Assembly: GCF_009914755.1 (NCBI RefSeq)
Contig: NC_060939.1
Strand: one strand, 5' to 3'
From: the human T2T-CHM13v2.0 reference genome, Homo sapiens
DNA length: 64,000 nucleotides
Position numbers and translations under genes: made by a program
In this document: in pieces, positions 44,221 through 60,585 of the stretch
How the letters are laid out: each line of letters opens with the position of its first letter
Position numbering within the stretch: the stretch's first letter is position 1
The notes under the pieces: model-generated
The model's database searches: none
Seen by the model: only the letters and a program-made list of their open reading frames with translations
What the model was told of the DNA's origin: nothing

Positions 44221-46450
44221 CAGTTAAGTTACGGGATATAAAAACAACTTACAAAAAACATTAATAGTAGTGTTTCTATAAATTAACACTAAACTATCTG
44301 AAAAAAATAATCAAGGGAACAATCCCATTTACAATAGTTTCAAATAAAATAAAATAAAATACTTAGGAATAAATTTAACCAAGGAAATGAAAGACCTGTA
44401 CACTGCAAACTATAACATTCACAAAAATAAATAAAAAAAGATACAAATGAAATATATCTGCATTAGAAGGATTACTATTATTAAAATGTCCACATTACTC
44501 AAAATGATCTATAGATTCATTGTAATCCCTATCAAAATTCTGATGTAGTTTTCCATAGAAACAAAAATTATAAAATTCATATGGAACCAAAACAAAAAAC
44601 CCAAAATAGCTAAAGCAATCATAGCAAAAGGAGCAAAGCTGGAGGTATCACACTACCTTATTTCAAACTATACTACAAAGCTATAGTAATTAAAACAGCA
44701 TGGTACTGGCAAAAAAAAAAAAAAAGGCACATCAGCCAATGAAATAGACTAGAGAGCCCAGAATAAACCCATTCATGTACTTTCAATTTGATTTTTGCCA
44801 AGAATATGCAATGGGAAAAGAATAATCTCTTCCATAAATGCTGTTGGGAAAACTAAATATCCATATTCAGAAGAATGAAATTGGACCCTTATCTCACACC
44901 ATATACAGAAATCAACTCAAAATTGATTAAAACTTAAATGTAACTAGGAACTGTTAAATTACTAAAAGAAAACATAGGGGGAAAACTACATGACATTATG
45001 CTGGGTAATGATTTTTAAAATTTGATTTGATGCAACAAATGCAAAAATAGGACAAATGAGACTACATCAAACTAAAAAGCTTCTGCACCAAAAACAATGA
45101 ATACTATACAAAGACAACCAACAGACTGGAAGACATATGTGCAAGCAATCCATCCATTAAGGGGTTAATATCCAAAATATTTAAGGAAGTCAAACAACTC
45201 AACAGCAAGAAAACAAAAAAAAAGCTCAATTTAAAAAATGGAGAAGGAACCTAAAGAGACATTTCTCAAAAGAAGACATGCAAATGGCCAACAAGACATA
45301 TGAAAAGAAGTTCAACATCACTAATCATTAGGGAAACACAAATTGAAACTACAATGAGATAACATCTAATACCTGTCAGAATGACTAGTATCAAAAAGAT
45401 GAAAGATAAGTGTTGGCAAGGATGTGGAAAATAGGGAACCCTTGTACACTGTTGGTAGGAATGCAAATTAGTGCAGTCATTATGGAAAACATTATGGAAA
45501 ACTCAAAAAACTTAAAATAGAATTACCATATGCTACAGCAATCCCACTGTTGGGTATTTACCCAAAAGATTTGAAATAAATTTGCTGAAGGGATGTTAGC
45601 ACTCCCAAGTTCACTGAAGCACTATTAACAGTAGCCATGTTATGGAATCAACCTAAGTGTCCATCAACAGATAAATTGATTTTTTTAATGATACACACAC
45701 ACACACACACATACACACACACACACAATGGAATACTACTCAGTATTAATAAAGAAAAAAATTTTGTCAGTTGGGACAACACTGATGGAATTGGAGAACA
45801 TTATACTAAGTGAATTACGCCAGTCACAGAAAGAAATACCACATATTCTCACTTGTTTGTGGGATCTACAGTTGAACTCATATAAGCAGAGAACAGAACA
45901 GTGGTTACAGAGAATGGAGGATGGGGGGAATGGGGCAATGATTATCAAATGGTAATCTGTAAGCATATCTTCGAACGTAGATTCATTATGTGAACAAACT
46001 ATATCTAGTTTATTTTTGGTTCAATACAATAATTCTTTTAAGAAAACATGAAACAAATCTACTCAATATAAAACGCATTTTAAAACTCTCATAAGTCAGT
46101 CAAAACTCATTCCTTTTATTGTATAAAGCTAACTACTTGAGTCACTAGTACTGCTATTTCTCAGCCATCTTCCCTATTCATGTCTACATTGTGTGGTTAG
46201 GCAGCTGCTATATAGTGTCACATAATAAAATAAAGGACTTCCCATATTATTTTTAAAAAATCTGTTAGGCAGGAAGAATATGTTATTTTTAAGTTCTATT
46301 GAAGAGCATGGTGAATATAGTTAATAATAGAGTTTTATACATTTCAAAGTTGCTGAGAGAATAAATTTGAAATGTGCTTACCATAAAAAAAGTTTAGTTC
46401 AAATACTAGCTAGCTAGATAAATACGTTAACTCACTTGATTTAATTATTC

Positions 46451-48690
46451 TGAAACTGACCCAATTGTCCCATAGAACTGTTGTTTACAGTTTCTTTTGA
46501 GTAACCATAGAAATTGACCCTCCCCATCTTCAAACTCGAAAAACTTACATTTGTCTTACTTGAGTTCTTTTCTCTGGAAACCAACCATCAGGTCCTGCAG
46601 ACGGTATCAAGGAACTGAAACATAGTGGCTCACCACATCTGGACAATGAGAGGCCAGACCCTTCACACATCATGATTGCGTGATCTGCTTCCTGTTGACC
46701 AACTCCTCTTCCTTATCCCTCCCTAATTACTGTTTTCCCATATATAGATTTTTTTTCCCTGCTAATATATTAGGTTGGTGCAAAAGTAATTGTGGTTTTT
46801 GCCATTAAAAGTAATAGCAAAAACTGCATATAAACCCCTAATTTTTGTTGGTTGAAGGGATGGATTTGAGACTGATCTCCCATGTCCTCAGCTGAAGCAC
46901 CCGGAGAAAGCCTTCTTCCTTGCCAACACTCATCTCAGTGACTGGCTTTCTGTGTGGCTTGTAGCCAGACCTAGACCAAACCCCTGGTATTTCAGTAACA
47001 GATTTTGGTTCCGTGATCATAAATGTGTTGGTTGTTGCAGCAGGTGGATTGTGCTTTGGTGGTTGATTGTGTATGTATCAACATAGTAATGGGAAATCAG
47101 AATTTGATAAGCTGATATTCTTTTATAATACTGTTTGACCCCAGTATTCTTTAGAATCTGGAGAAGTTTGGGCTCCCTATGGACCTCATTTTGCTGTTAA
47201 ATGGGAAAGTGGGATGGAGTTATGTGATGATCTTCTGTAGTGTTGTTTGGCCCCAGTGATCTCTGGAGCCTAACTGGAAACTGCTTTACCTAAAACTGTG
47301 GTTCACAGCGTTCACTGGATTACCTATCAGAACAAATTTTAAGCATGTAAACCTGTTCGTAAATTCGTGGGTTTGTATTGCTATCTCATTGCTAGAGTTC
47401 CAAAGTAAAAGATGAAAATAGCAATGTCTTCAGAATTGTCAGCATACATTTTTGTCTGGGTTTTATATTTGTCTCTGCTAGATATTTTGAGGTGTCAGGA
47501 TTTAGCACAGGTTATAAAATCATAACTCAGCCAAAACAAAATGATCTTTGTTTATGTGACATTGTTTGAGAAATGACTAATTTAGGCTTGTTGATTTAAT
47601 GAAAACAGCCGAATCTTCTGAGTTATTGGCAAAAATACCCATGTATTTAACCTTAAGGTTCTTACATAGGTGAACACCTGATATTCACAGACTATTTTAA
47701 AAAATGGCGAACAAGGAAGTAACTGGAAATGATAACTAGTTTTGTATAATATCTCAGTTCTCAGAATTAATCTAGATAAACTCTTTAAAAAATGAAAGGC
47801 TTGAGTAAATGTAAATAGAATAAATCCTTGTAGGTGAACTTTTTGTGTAATTTAAAACCTTAAAATTCTTTTCATGTTCATTGGATGTCTGGGTCATTTC
47901 TAGTCAAATAAAAATTATGAGGAAACATTTCTATAAATTATAGAATGGTTCTCATATATAAAATGCTAACATTTGATAGGCAGTTCAGGATTTCTTGCTT
48001 CTTAGGTTTTCACAAAATTTAATATTATTAAGAATAAGAACTGCAGTGAATAATTTTGTATATAAAATACGCCAAAGAAGATGTGTACTTATTGAATAAA
48101 AGAATAACTTTTGTCTAATTCAGATTTGACCTCAAAGTTGTTTCAAATTATGGCCTATGCTAAATTTTTGTCCTAAAGTAAAATGACTGGTTACTTAAAA
48201 AACAGAAAATGTATGAAAAAACAGAAAGTCCAAGCATGTCTGTGTAAGGCATATGTAATTTTTTTTGTTTGTTTCTCTGTACGTCTATCTTCATGCACAT
48301 GCAGAGGAACTAGAAAGTTGAAAAAGTTTAGATAATAATTGTTTTAAAATGAGATAGAAAATTGGAGAAGTTGGTTAAATTAACATTGGTCATAGTTAAA
48401 GCTCTTAGCGTTGATGAAAGTAAATAAGAAATATTGTAATGAAACACATTGGCAGTTTGACAATTCCTTTTTAATAGAGTTAAGCCTAAAGACAGATTTA
48501 GCATGAATACACATTTCACATAAATGTTCGCATTCCTTTATTTCACACTGTACTTGCTCCTCTGCATAGATAGTATTAGCACTAACATGCTTACTAGTCA
48601 CATGCCTGAAGTAATTTCTAAATTGCACAAAATGCATAGTGGTGTTGGTGGACTTAAAGATACTAATTTATATATCAGGAACAAAAAACA
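46451..48690 (+). mobile_element. ERV1 (MER4-group) 5' LTR (46451-47000) plus internal sequence
   Basis: LTR runs TGAAACTGACCC...CAGTAACA and is followed directly by the PBS-like GATTTTGGTTCC and AT-rich internal sequence. The 3' boundary is approximate. Confidence 0.7.
46770..46828. mobile_element. MADE1 (Hsmar1-derived MITE), right TIR truncated
   Basis: TTAGGTTGGTGCAAAAGTAATTGTGGTTTTTGCCATT..AATAGCAAAAACTGCA at a TA site. Confidence 0.9.
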
Positions 48691-49400
48691 ATGGAAGTAA
48701 AAGAATAAGAAATAGTTACATTAAACTAAAAGTGCAGCTCATCCTTCATGGTGGGCCACAAGAAGCACCCATTGCAATGAAAAATGTGCTGATATTAACA
48801 CTGTTATCACTGGTTATCATTGTTCTGGAAGGTGGAAATACAGTAAAACAGAAATAAGAATAAAAACAATTGAAAATGAAGATTAAAAATCATCATTATA
48901 AGCAATATGATTGTAAGACTAAAATAATCAGGATTAACTAAACTGTTGAAAATAATGAAACATCAGACTGACTAGATATAATTTTTGATAGATGCATACT
49001 TAAAGGTAGTTATATACAAATTGACCATGAGCCTTCCCACATACCGGGGAAAGCCAGCTAGAAAAATAATGGAGCAATGATTCCACTTCTAAGAGCATCA
49101 CACTTTCAAAAAGTGGAGTAAGTTTAGCAAGAAATGTTAAGTTAAAAATGGAAAGTTTAGCAGTCAGTGGAGTAAATGACAAAACTTTACTAAAAGCCAT
49201 AAACAAAGACATGAATGAGGACATGCCATGTTCACGCAAGAAACATTGAATATAGTATATCTTTTGCTCTTGCCAAAGTAGTGCTACATGTGCATAATTT
49301 CAACAAACAACACAAGCTATACTTTTAGGAATTTGATAAAATAAATGATTCTAAAGTTAATGTGGAAGAATAAACTGGTAACTATTAGGACAAATAGCTA

Positions 49401-50075
<675 letters not shown>

Positions 50076-50194
50076 TCACATCCTACACCAAGATAAATTC
50101 CAAGGGATTGAACACCTAAATGGAAAATATGAAAATATAAGTACTATGGAAAGGCTAAATGGAATTCAAAGTTAACTCTCATGCCATACTTTTT

Positions 50195-50720
50195 TTTTTC
50201 CATGAAGCACTACTCTAGAATTTGGGGATGGAATAATGAACAAGACAGAAACCATTCTTTTCTCAAAGAGTTTATATTCTCATAGTGGCTTCCCCGTCAT
50301 CATGGATGGGAATAGTGAGTCAATAAGTAAGAAATGCAATAAACTGACAAGATAATGTCAGCTCTGGATAAGTGCTATGATAACAACCCAGAAAGGTAAT
50401 GTAATAGAAAGTGAATGAATGATCAGAGAAGGGCTCTCCCTATCAGTGTGACAGCTGAGCAATCCTTAGTTACCTAATTACCTTCTAATGATGCTCAACA
50501 CATAACCATCTAGACACAGTGTAGCCATATACAGCAAGGGCATGTGCAAAGGCCCTAGGACAGGGGCATGCCTGATGTTTCTGAAGAGCAGAAGGAAAGT
50601 GTGTGTACTGGAAGCATGATGAGGGAGGAGGAAAGTAGCAGAAAGGGCAAGGTCAGGACTGCAGGAGCCAAGTCCTCCAGTAGTGACAGGGTGCCAAGGT
50701 GAAGCTCATTTTGGAAATGG
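50195..50720 (-). mobile_element. L2 fragment
   Basis: GAACAAGACAGAAACCATTC..CTCAAAGAG-TTTATATTCT and CATGTGCAAAGGCCCTAGG are reverse L2 motifs. Confidence 0.6.
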
Positions 50721-53549
50721 TCAGGATGCCAAGCTGCTCCCCATTTTGATAGGGGAGGCAAAGAATGAGCCAACAGATAGCTCAGGTGGGCTCTTTGTAA
50801 CGCAAAGATGAAGTTTCTGTGTTTCCAACTAAAGTTTGAAGTAACCTCATTAAATCCAAGTGAGGGGAGAGTTTGCAGAGAAGGTGAGAAGAGTCCTTAT
50901 AAGGAGGGGAAGGATAAAACATGCTGGGGGTGGGGAGCAGAGAAGTGTATAAGCCAGAATTTAAAGTGAGTCAGGCAATCTTCACCAGCTTTGAGAGATG
51001 AAGAAAATGGATAGATTACTTGCAGTAGCCTGAGTGATAATAAATTCCAAAGCAGGCATCACAATCCTAAAGCTAATATATACTTTATTGCTGGTGGGAG
51101 TGTAAATTGGCATAATCCCATCTGGTAAGAAATTTATCAATATGCTTTTTAGTTGCATAATTTGGGAGATGGTGACAAAACAAGGGTTTGGGAGTTAGGG
51201 ACGGCTGCATAAAAATCACACGAGACCTAATACCTCTGTGAGTTGATATCTTTTCTGAGGAGAAAAGTATTTTAACAGAACCACCATATAAAACAGTTTC
51301 AGAATAAGATGCTAGTCAAACGAATTCGATGATTTAATTTGAATCTTCTGATATAAGTTCTGGCTTCATTTTAATATTGCTTTCAATCTTTAAGTATAGA
51401 AATGGCAATTTTGCCAACTTAAAGCAATTTTTAGCCACAAGTGGGAACTTTATAATGTACTGTCCAACAGGTTTTGCAATACACTTCTCAGGCAAAATAT
51501 GGATGTTGCTTTGATGACTCAGCCTCAGATTCCCAGGTGCTTTTTGGAGCAAAGTGAATACTATTTTGTGAACCCCCCCCTCGCCAACTCATAGCATCAG
51601 AGAAATGATAAGAAGATACAACATGTATGGCATGAAGAAAAGACCACATTACAAAGTATGCTTAATGATGCAAGGTGAGACATTCAATGACATCCGAGGG
51701 CCAAGAGACTGAAAAAGAAAGTTAGGAAAAGGGATGATAACTCTGCCTTTTTACAAATAGAAGAAAACTTCAGTGCAGCATCAAAGAAAACAGAAAAGCT
51801 GTGACTGGGACAGGACAAAGGACCATTAGTCTCTTAGTCAGCCAAGATCTTCCTAGTTCCTTAAATGGTTTGACTGTCCAAAGGAAATTGTCAAGGATTT
51901 ATGTTTTATTTTAGGATGGCATGCATACCCTGTCCAGAGCATTCTCTCCCATCACATGCTGACAAGCTGGTGCAGGGATCTCAGTTCACCGTCATATTCA
52001 GCTGAGCTCAAGCTGGTAAGAAGAGCAAGCTAGTGTTACCCCAAGTTTCAAGCTCAAGGGGCTACAAGAGTCATGGGAAAAATGGCTCATGATTTAAAAC
52101 AACCTTTTATCACTACAAGAATGTGATCACTCTCAAGCATCTGCGTGAGTGGTCAGTGACTACTTTTGCACAGTCATCAGAGTTAAGGATTAATGATTTC
52201 CCAGAATAAGGCTGAGTTGACGTACAAACCTACGTCACGGACAGCTCATCTACAGCCAAAGGTCTTCATCTAGCCTAGATAAAGCAAAAGCCCACTGATG
52301 CTGTTCCCATAATGGCTGGGCATGAATAACAAAAGAAGCGTAGAGGAGCTAAGTGGCGACTGACCTACCAGTGTAGGCTACTGCTGGATAGACAAGGTGA
52401 GAGCCAATCTCAGTGTCCAGGGGTGAGAGAAATTCAGTCTGAAGGTCTCAGTGATACAGCCAGTCCAACCAGTATTTCAAGCACATAATCAGTAGGAAAG
52501 CAATCTCTGCTGGGCAGGACCTTCCTCAGCAGTACTTTACAAGCAGGAACAGCAGGAACAACCCCAGCTCTCTGCAAACCTTCCACCATGGGGAATTTAA
52601 CTTCAGTGTTCTCAGCTGTGCCAGACCTCCTCCAGGCCAGGGCCATAGTACCTATTTACCAAAAAGATGCAATGCATTGTTGGGTTACACACACTGGCCC
52701 ACTCCGGGCCTGCCATGTCACCATCCAGCCAGTGCAACAGTAAAAAGACACGGGAGGGAAGGTGGGCCTTGGGGCCAAGGAGAGGATGGAGGGTGGCTGA
52801 GCCATGTGAGCACTCACACCTTGTTTTTATCAAAAGTCACGTGTAAAATATACAAATGGTACTGAAGTTTATATAGGATAGCAAAGAATATGCGTATATG
52901 AGTTTAATGATCAGGGTTGAGACTTATTAATTTGCTCTTTTGTCCAGTAGTTCAAATCAATCTCTAGAGCTACATGTTTTTTAAATATCAAGGCAGAAAT
53001 TTCTAGAATAGCCAATTTCTAATGAGCAGATGATGTAAGTTTAGCTGCTAAACACATGAAGAATGTGGTGGTCAGTCTGCACTTTGGAGGTTTTCTTTAT
53101 GACAGCTTATCCAGGTCCATATAACTCTGAAGAAGTGTTTCAAAAATCTGATGCTCTAAATAAAGAGCTAAGGAGTATACCTATACTACACTTGAAAAAA
53201 AAAAAAACCAGCTACTTACTTAAAAATCCATTTATTGATTTAAGAGGCTGTTTGAGAGGCATGATGGATATAAATTTGACTAATGCTTTTTTAGGTTATT
53301 ATATAAAGTTTACTACTAAAGGCTTATTATTACATTATTATTTAACATTTACATATGAAGTTACAGACCAAGCAATTTTTATTTTCTTGGTTGATCTTAC
53401 TCTTACCTAAAATCCAACATTTTCAAACAGTTGTGGAATTTATTACAGAGCTTTTTTATGTATTACATAATTCTATTTTAACAGAGTTAAAGCTCTTTGC
53501 TTTTAACAAAGACATACAGAGACAGACTGACATACTCTACTTCTGTTAA

Positions 53550-56290
<2,741 letters not shown>

Positions 56291-56395
56291 AATGCAAAAA
56301 TAAAAGTGGAGAAAACTGAAATAGCATGTTTTGTTTAAAAAGCCAAAAATTCCTAGATTAATTTTTGTTGATATTTGCTTTTTTGCTCTTCCCCA

Positions 56396-56580
56396 TCACA
56401 CACACATGTGCACACACCTACAACACACACATTACCACACAAAACACACACCACACACACATCCACAATGCACACCAACACAACACATACCACACACACA
56501 AACCCAACACACACCACACACATCACATACCGCACACACCCAAAACTCAACACACACCCACAGACACAAACTCACATATC
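56396..56580. repeat. Degenerate (CA)-rich low-complexity tract
   Basis: About 180 bp of interrupted CA repeats, UG-rich in the GABRB3 pre-mRNA. Confidence 0.9.
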
Positions 56581-57839
56581 AGCTTCTTTCACTTTAGTTT
56601 TTTTGGGTGTGGGGGCAGGTAAATGGCTCCTCATTCTACATTCCCAGGACTTCTGAATAGTCTTTTGTATAGCTGATGCACTTATCAGAACCTGAACCTC
56701 CGGAGCTTTACAACCACAGGTCTCATTTTCAGGCAAAAACATAAAATGCTGAAAACTTCCCAAAGAAACTCCAGGATAGACTCTTTTTGAAGGAACACGA
56801 TGGCTTGGTTGACATGTGCCACTTAACACTAAAAACATCTGATTTTGCTAAAATCCCAAATTCTGCTCTCTATACTGCGGTTCTGAGAAAGTCACTCACA
56901 TGTTCTATTTGAGGCTATGTTAAATCATTCACTCTACCCGTCTTGAGGCATGAAAGTCCCAGGGATGTGGATTTAAATATATACTGTTATGATTTCGCTT
57001 ATAGCTGTTAAAGTCTTAGTTCAAAGCCTCTGGGCTCACAACACTTTCAGATACATCTTTTCTCTAAGCTATCCACATGTGTCCCACTCAACACTGAGAG
57101 CCACTGCTAGAGGGTCTCAAGGGCACTTTTAGGCCAGGAGAGCAAGAAACAGACACACATACACACAAAATACTGTTCTAAATAAAACAACCCAAAAATC
57201 AGGCAAAAATCTATGCAAGAGACAGAAGGTTTTTAAGAGCACCATTTAGCAAGGTGATATTCAAAATAATTGACCACCAGCTGGGATGGAGCTCTATGGA
57301 AAGGCCTGGCGGTTTCCAGGGCAACCAGGGAAGCCCAGGGCCTCCTCACTGGGACTCAGGAAGGCAGCCTGGTTTCCTGATTTGAGTGATTATATTATGA
57401 GAGCTGGAGAGAGATGTTTCTCATCAGGAAATCTCTCACTTAGTCATTCCCATAAATATTCGTGGCACTACCTCAATAAAGCTCCGTAGAGAGTAAACCC
57501 TACAATCTGCGCAACAGACATTTTTTTTTCAACTGTGCAGACAGCTTTGAAAAAAACTTCACTGAAGCCACTGCAGTGTCAGGGCGATATTAATTACAGG
57601 CCTCTGTGGCTATGATATGGAAAATCCATCCTGAGGGAATCTGTGTTCTTAGACATGGCAATCCAATTATACAATTGATCCAAAGGTGGCTGTTTTTCAA
57701 CTGCTTGATGACTATTTACAGTAACAGTAATGCCCCAAATTTTATGGTTATGAGATTTTTTTTTCTGCAAAGCTTTAGTGCTTCATAGATGCTTCCTAAT
57801 TTATCTGAGGTCATTGCCTCACTTACAATAATCATCTCA

Positions 57840-58217
<378 letters not shown>

Positions 58218-59948
58218 CTACAGTGAATAACCAGGAGAAACGGATGCCATTTTTATGCAGAATGGGAAGCAATGGCTGCTTTCTTGTGAATGCAAATACC
58301 AGTTTTAATAGGTACATGAGTCTGTGTGTGTCACGTATAGATGTCCTCTGTTTTACTTAGGTTAAGAAGCAGACTAGACAAACTGGCATTTAACAGATAA
58401 CAGCATAGAAATAAACGGGAAAAAGTCATCGTAAAATCAGGTTGCTGGCGGGGAACTAGATTGTTCCCATGGATGTTCTTTCCCACCAGGCAGACAGGTG
58501 CTTTAACAACCTACAACAGATGAGCTCTATCTACAAACTCTCTCTCTGCAATTTGAGCCACTTTCCTCTGGTTCTGCCCTCCATGAGAGCTATAAATACA
58601 AACCTTCCATAAACATCCTCTGGAGACACAAGGGACTGTGGGAGGTCTCCATGCCCTACCTATTGTATTTCCTTTTTCCTCCAGCTTGCCGTGGCCATTT
58701 CTACATTAACTGGACCATAAAATCACCCAGAGATGATGACATATTCACCTGAGGAAAATGGGAACCTAAGGTCCAAGCAGGATATGGGAGGTGGGAGACA
58801 GACAGGGCCATGGTGTTGTCCACAGGCTTGCCCACAAAATTACCAAATATCTACGTGATGGTTCTGCTTTCGTTTTGCCAAAGCAGTTAGTTTATCGAGA
58901 ACGAAGTGGAAAAAAAGACAAATCAGAGGCTAGACATGGCAGAACAAAAGAAATTCTCTTTTTGTTGGGGACAATCACTACTCAGTTCTAGAATGACCAA
59001 GTCTAAAAATCTGGTGATATTCACAGGACATTTTGCACCCTTCTGTGGAAAGATACAAGCTGAAAACATCAAAGGTTAGGAGGTAAATTATCCAACCACG
59101 GAGGGGAAAAAATCGCTGCCATTCTGCAAAAGCAGCTTTCTGAGTTCACACACTTTAAGATCATGTCTGCAAACATCCTCACTTGTGGACAGCGAGAGAT
59201 GGAGAGCAAATCGGTTGAAGAATCCAGTCTCGACACAGGCCTCCTGACAACCCCTCCAGTATTCTTTTTGCTTCTTGCAGGGCAATTCACGGTGTTGCTA
59301 AACTGATGGCTGTTTATTGCTGCTCTCAATAGTGTTGGAATATAGAGGCTTAGGGACTGATAGAGGACATTGATTTGTCTTCAGATGCTTGCCACAAGAA
59401 GGGGAAACAAAACCAGCTTGTACTATATCACTGTAAACAAAATACGTTTTTAAGCTTTGAGTCCCATAAAAATTAAGAGTGGAAGGAAAGGCAAGAAAGT
59501 CCAAATGGGCTGGACAGTCTTTGGAGAGGCCTTGTCTTCAAGTTAAAGGAGAGGCAGCATTTAAGCAGATGAAAAGAAGCAGGCATTTTTTTTCCCAGAC
59601 ACTTTTGTGGGCACAGCTCTGTGCCTAGTAATAACCTGTGGGGGCCCTCACCACCACCACCAATTAAAGATTCTCGCAGAGCAGGTGACACTAAAGATAA
59701 CCCTCGGCTAGGTAGACAGCAGGTACAGCACATCGAAAAACACATCGAGTGTTGCTCTTAAGGGTCTGATGGAAAAGCCTGTGGAGTGCAGTTTTGCTGG
59801 AATGCTGGGTTTATGGGTAAAAGAGAGCAGAGCGATGAGTCAGGCTAGACCCCAGGGCAGTGACCACAAGGTGGAAACTAGAATGCCACCTTCGCAGCCA
59901 ATGAAAGCCACTGATAGTTTCCATGGAGCAGAGAGCCATGACCAGGAG

Positions 59949-60585
59949 TATTAACCGTGCCTTTTATTTCTGTGTTCTGATGCTTTGATCTGCGACCCTG
60001 TGGACCTTGGAGGGAGGGCCCCTTCCAGGGCTGGCTAATTCCGAGAGACGGCTAGCAACTCTCCTAGGAGTGTACTTTTCACATGCAAACCAACCAGTCC
60101 AGAACCCACACCCCAACCATCTCTTTTGTTTGTTTGTTTTTACAGTCCAGAGGTCTTTTATTTTTTATACCTATTATGCCATAAATTCATAGAGCATAGA
60201 TTTCAGCGGCTTAGACTCCAATCACCTCTTTTACTGAGCTTGCACATTCTGGGGTCCCTATCACCCGCTTAAACTGCCCCAGGTCCAGGTAATGGACAAC
60301 TAAAGACAGCCCCTGTGCCCCAAGGGCCTGAAATTATTTAAACCAGCCAATTCTGAGCCTGCACACCCCGTGTCACCCATTCCTTCCCAGCAACCACAAT
60401 AAAGGCATTTCCCCTCCCTCTGCTGCCTGACCCACCCTGGCACTCCCTGAGCAGCCCCCATGGCATGGTGTGGCTCCCTGCTGCTCCAGAACTGGAAGGA
60501 ACACACTCTCCTCTCAATGGCAGTTGTGTCCTGATCTGTCGGCCTTGCCTGACCTAAATAATAATAAAACCTCCAGTTTAAAACA
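59949..60585 (+). mobile_element. MER74-like ERVL solo LTR containing a retrocopy insert
   Basis: TTCTGATGCTTTGA.., ATGCAAACCAACCA, CTGAAATTATTTAAACCAGCCAAT, CCACAATAAAGGC, and end AATAATAAAAC..TTTAAAACA. Confidence 0.7.
60128..60217 (-). pseudogene. 5'-truncated processed pseudogene fragment of RPL21 (last codons, 3'UTR, A-tail remnant)
   Basis: The minus strand reads (G)AG TCT AAG CCG CTG AAA TCT ATG CTC TAT GAA TTT ATG GCA TAA TAGGTATAAAAAATAAAAGACCTCTGGACTGT-A(CAAA)n. This resembles the RPL21 C-terminus EPELLEPIPYEFMA* and its 3'UTR. 15-bp TSD at 60113-60127 and 60218-60232 (13/15 identical). Confidence 0.85.

Noticed and set aside
56331-56656. His/Thr-rich and Cys/Val-rich ORFs
   Set aside because: They are translations of a CA-rich low-complexity tract.
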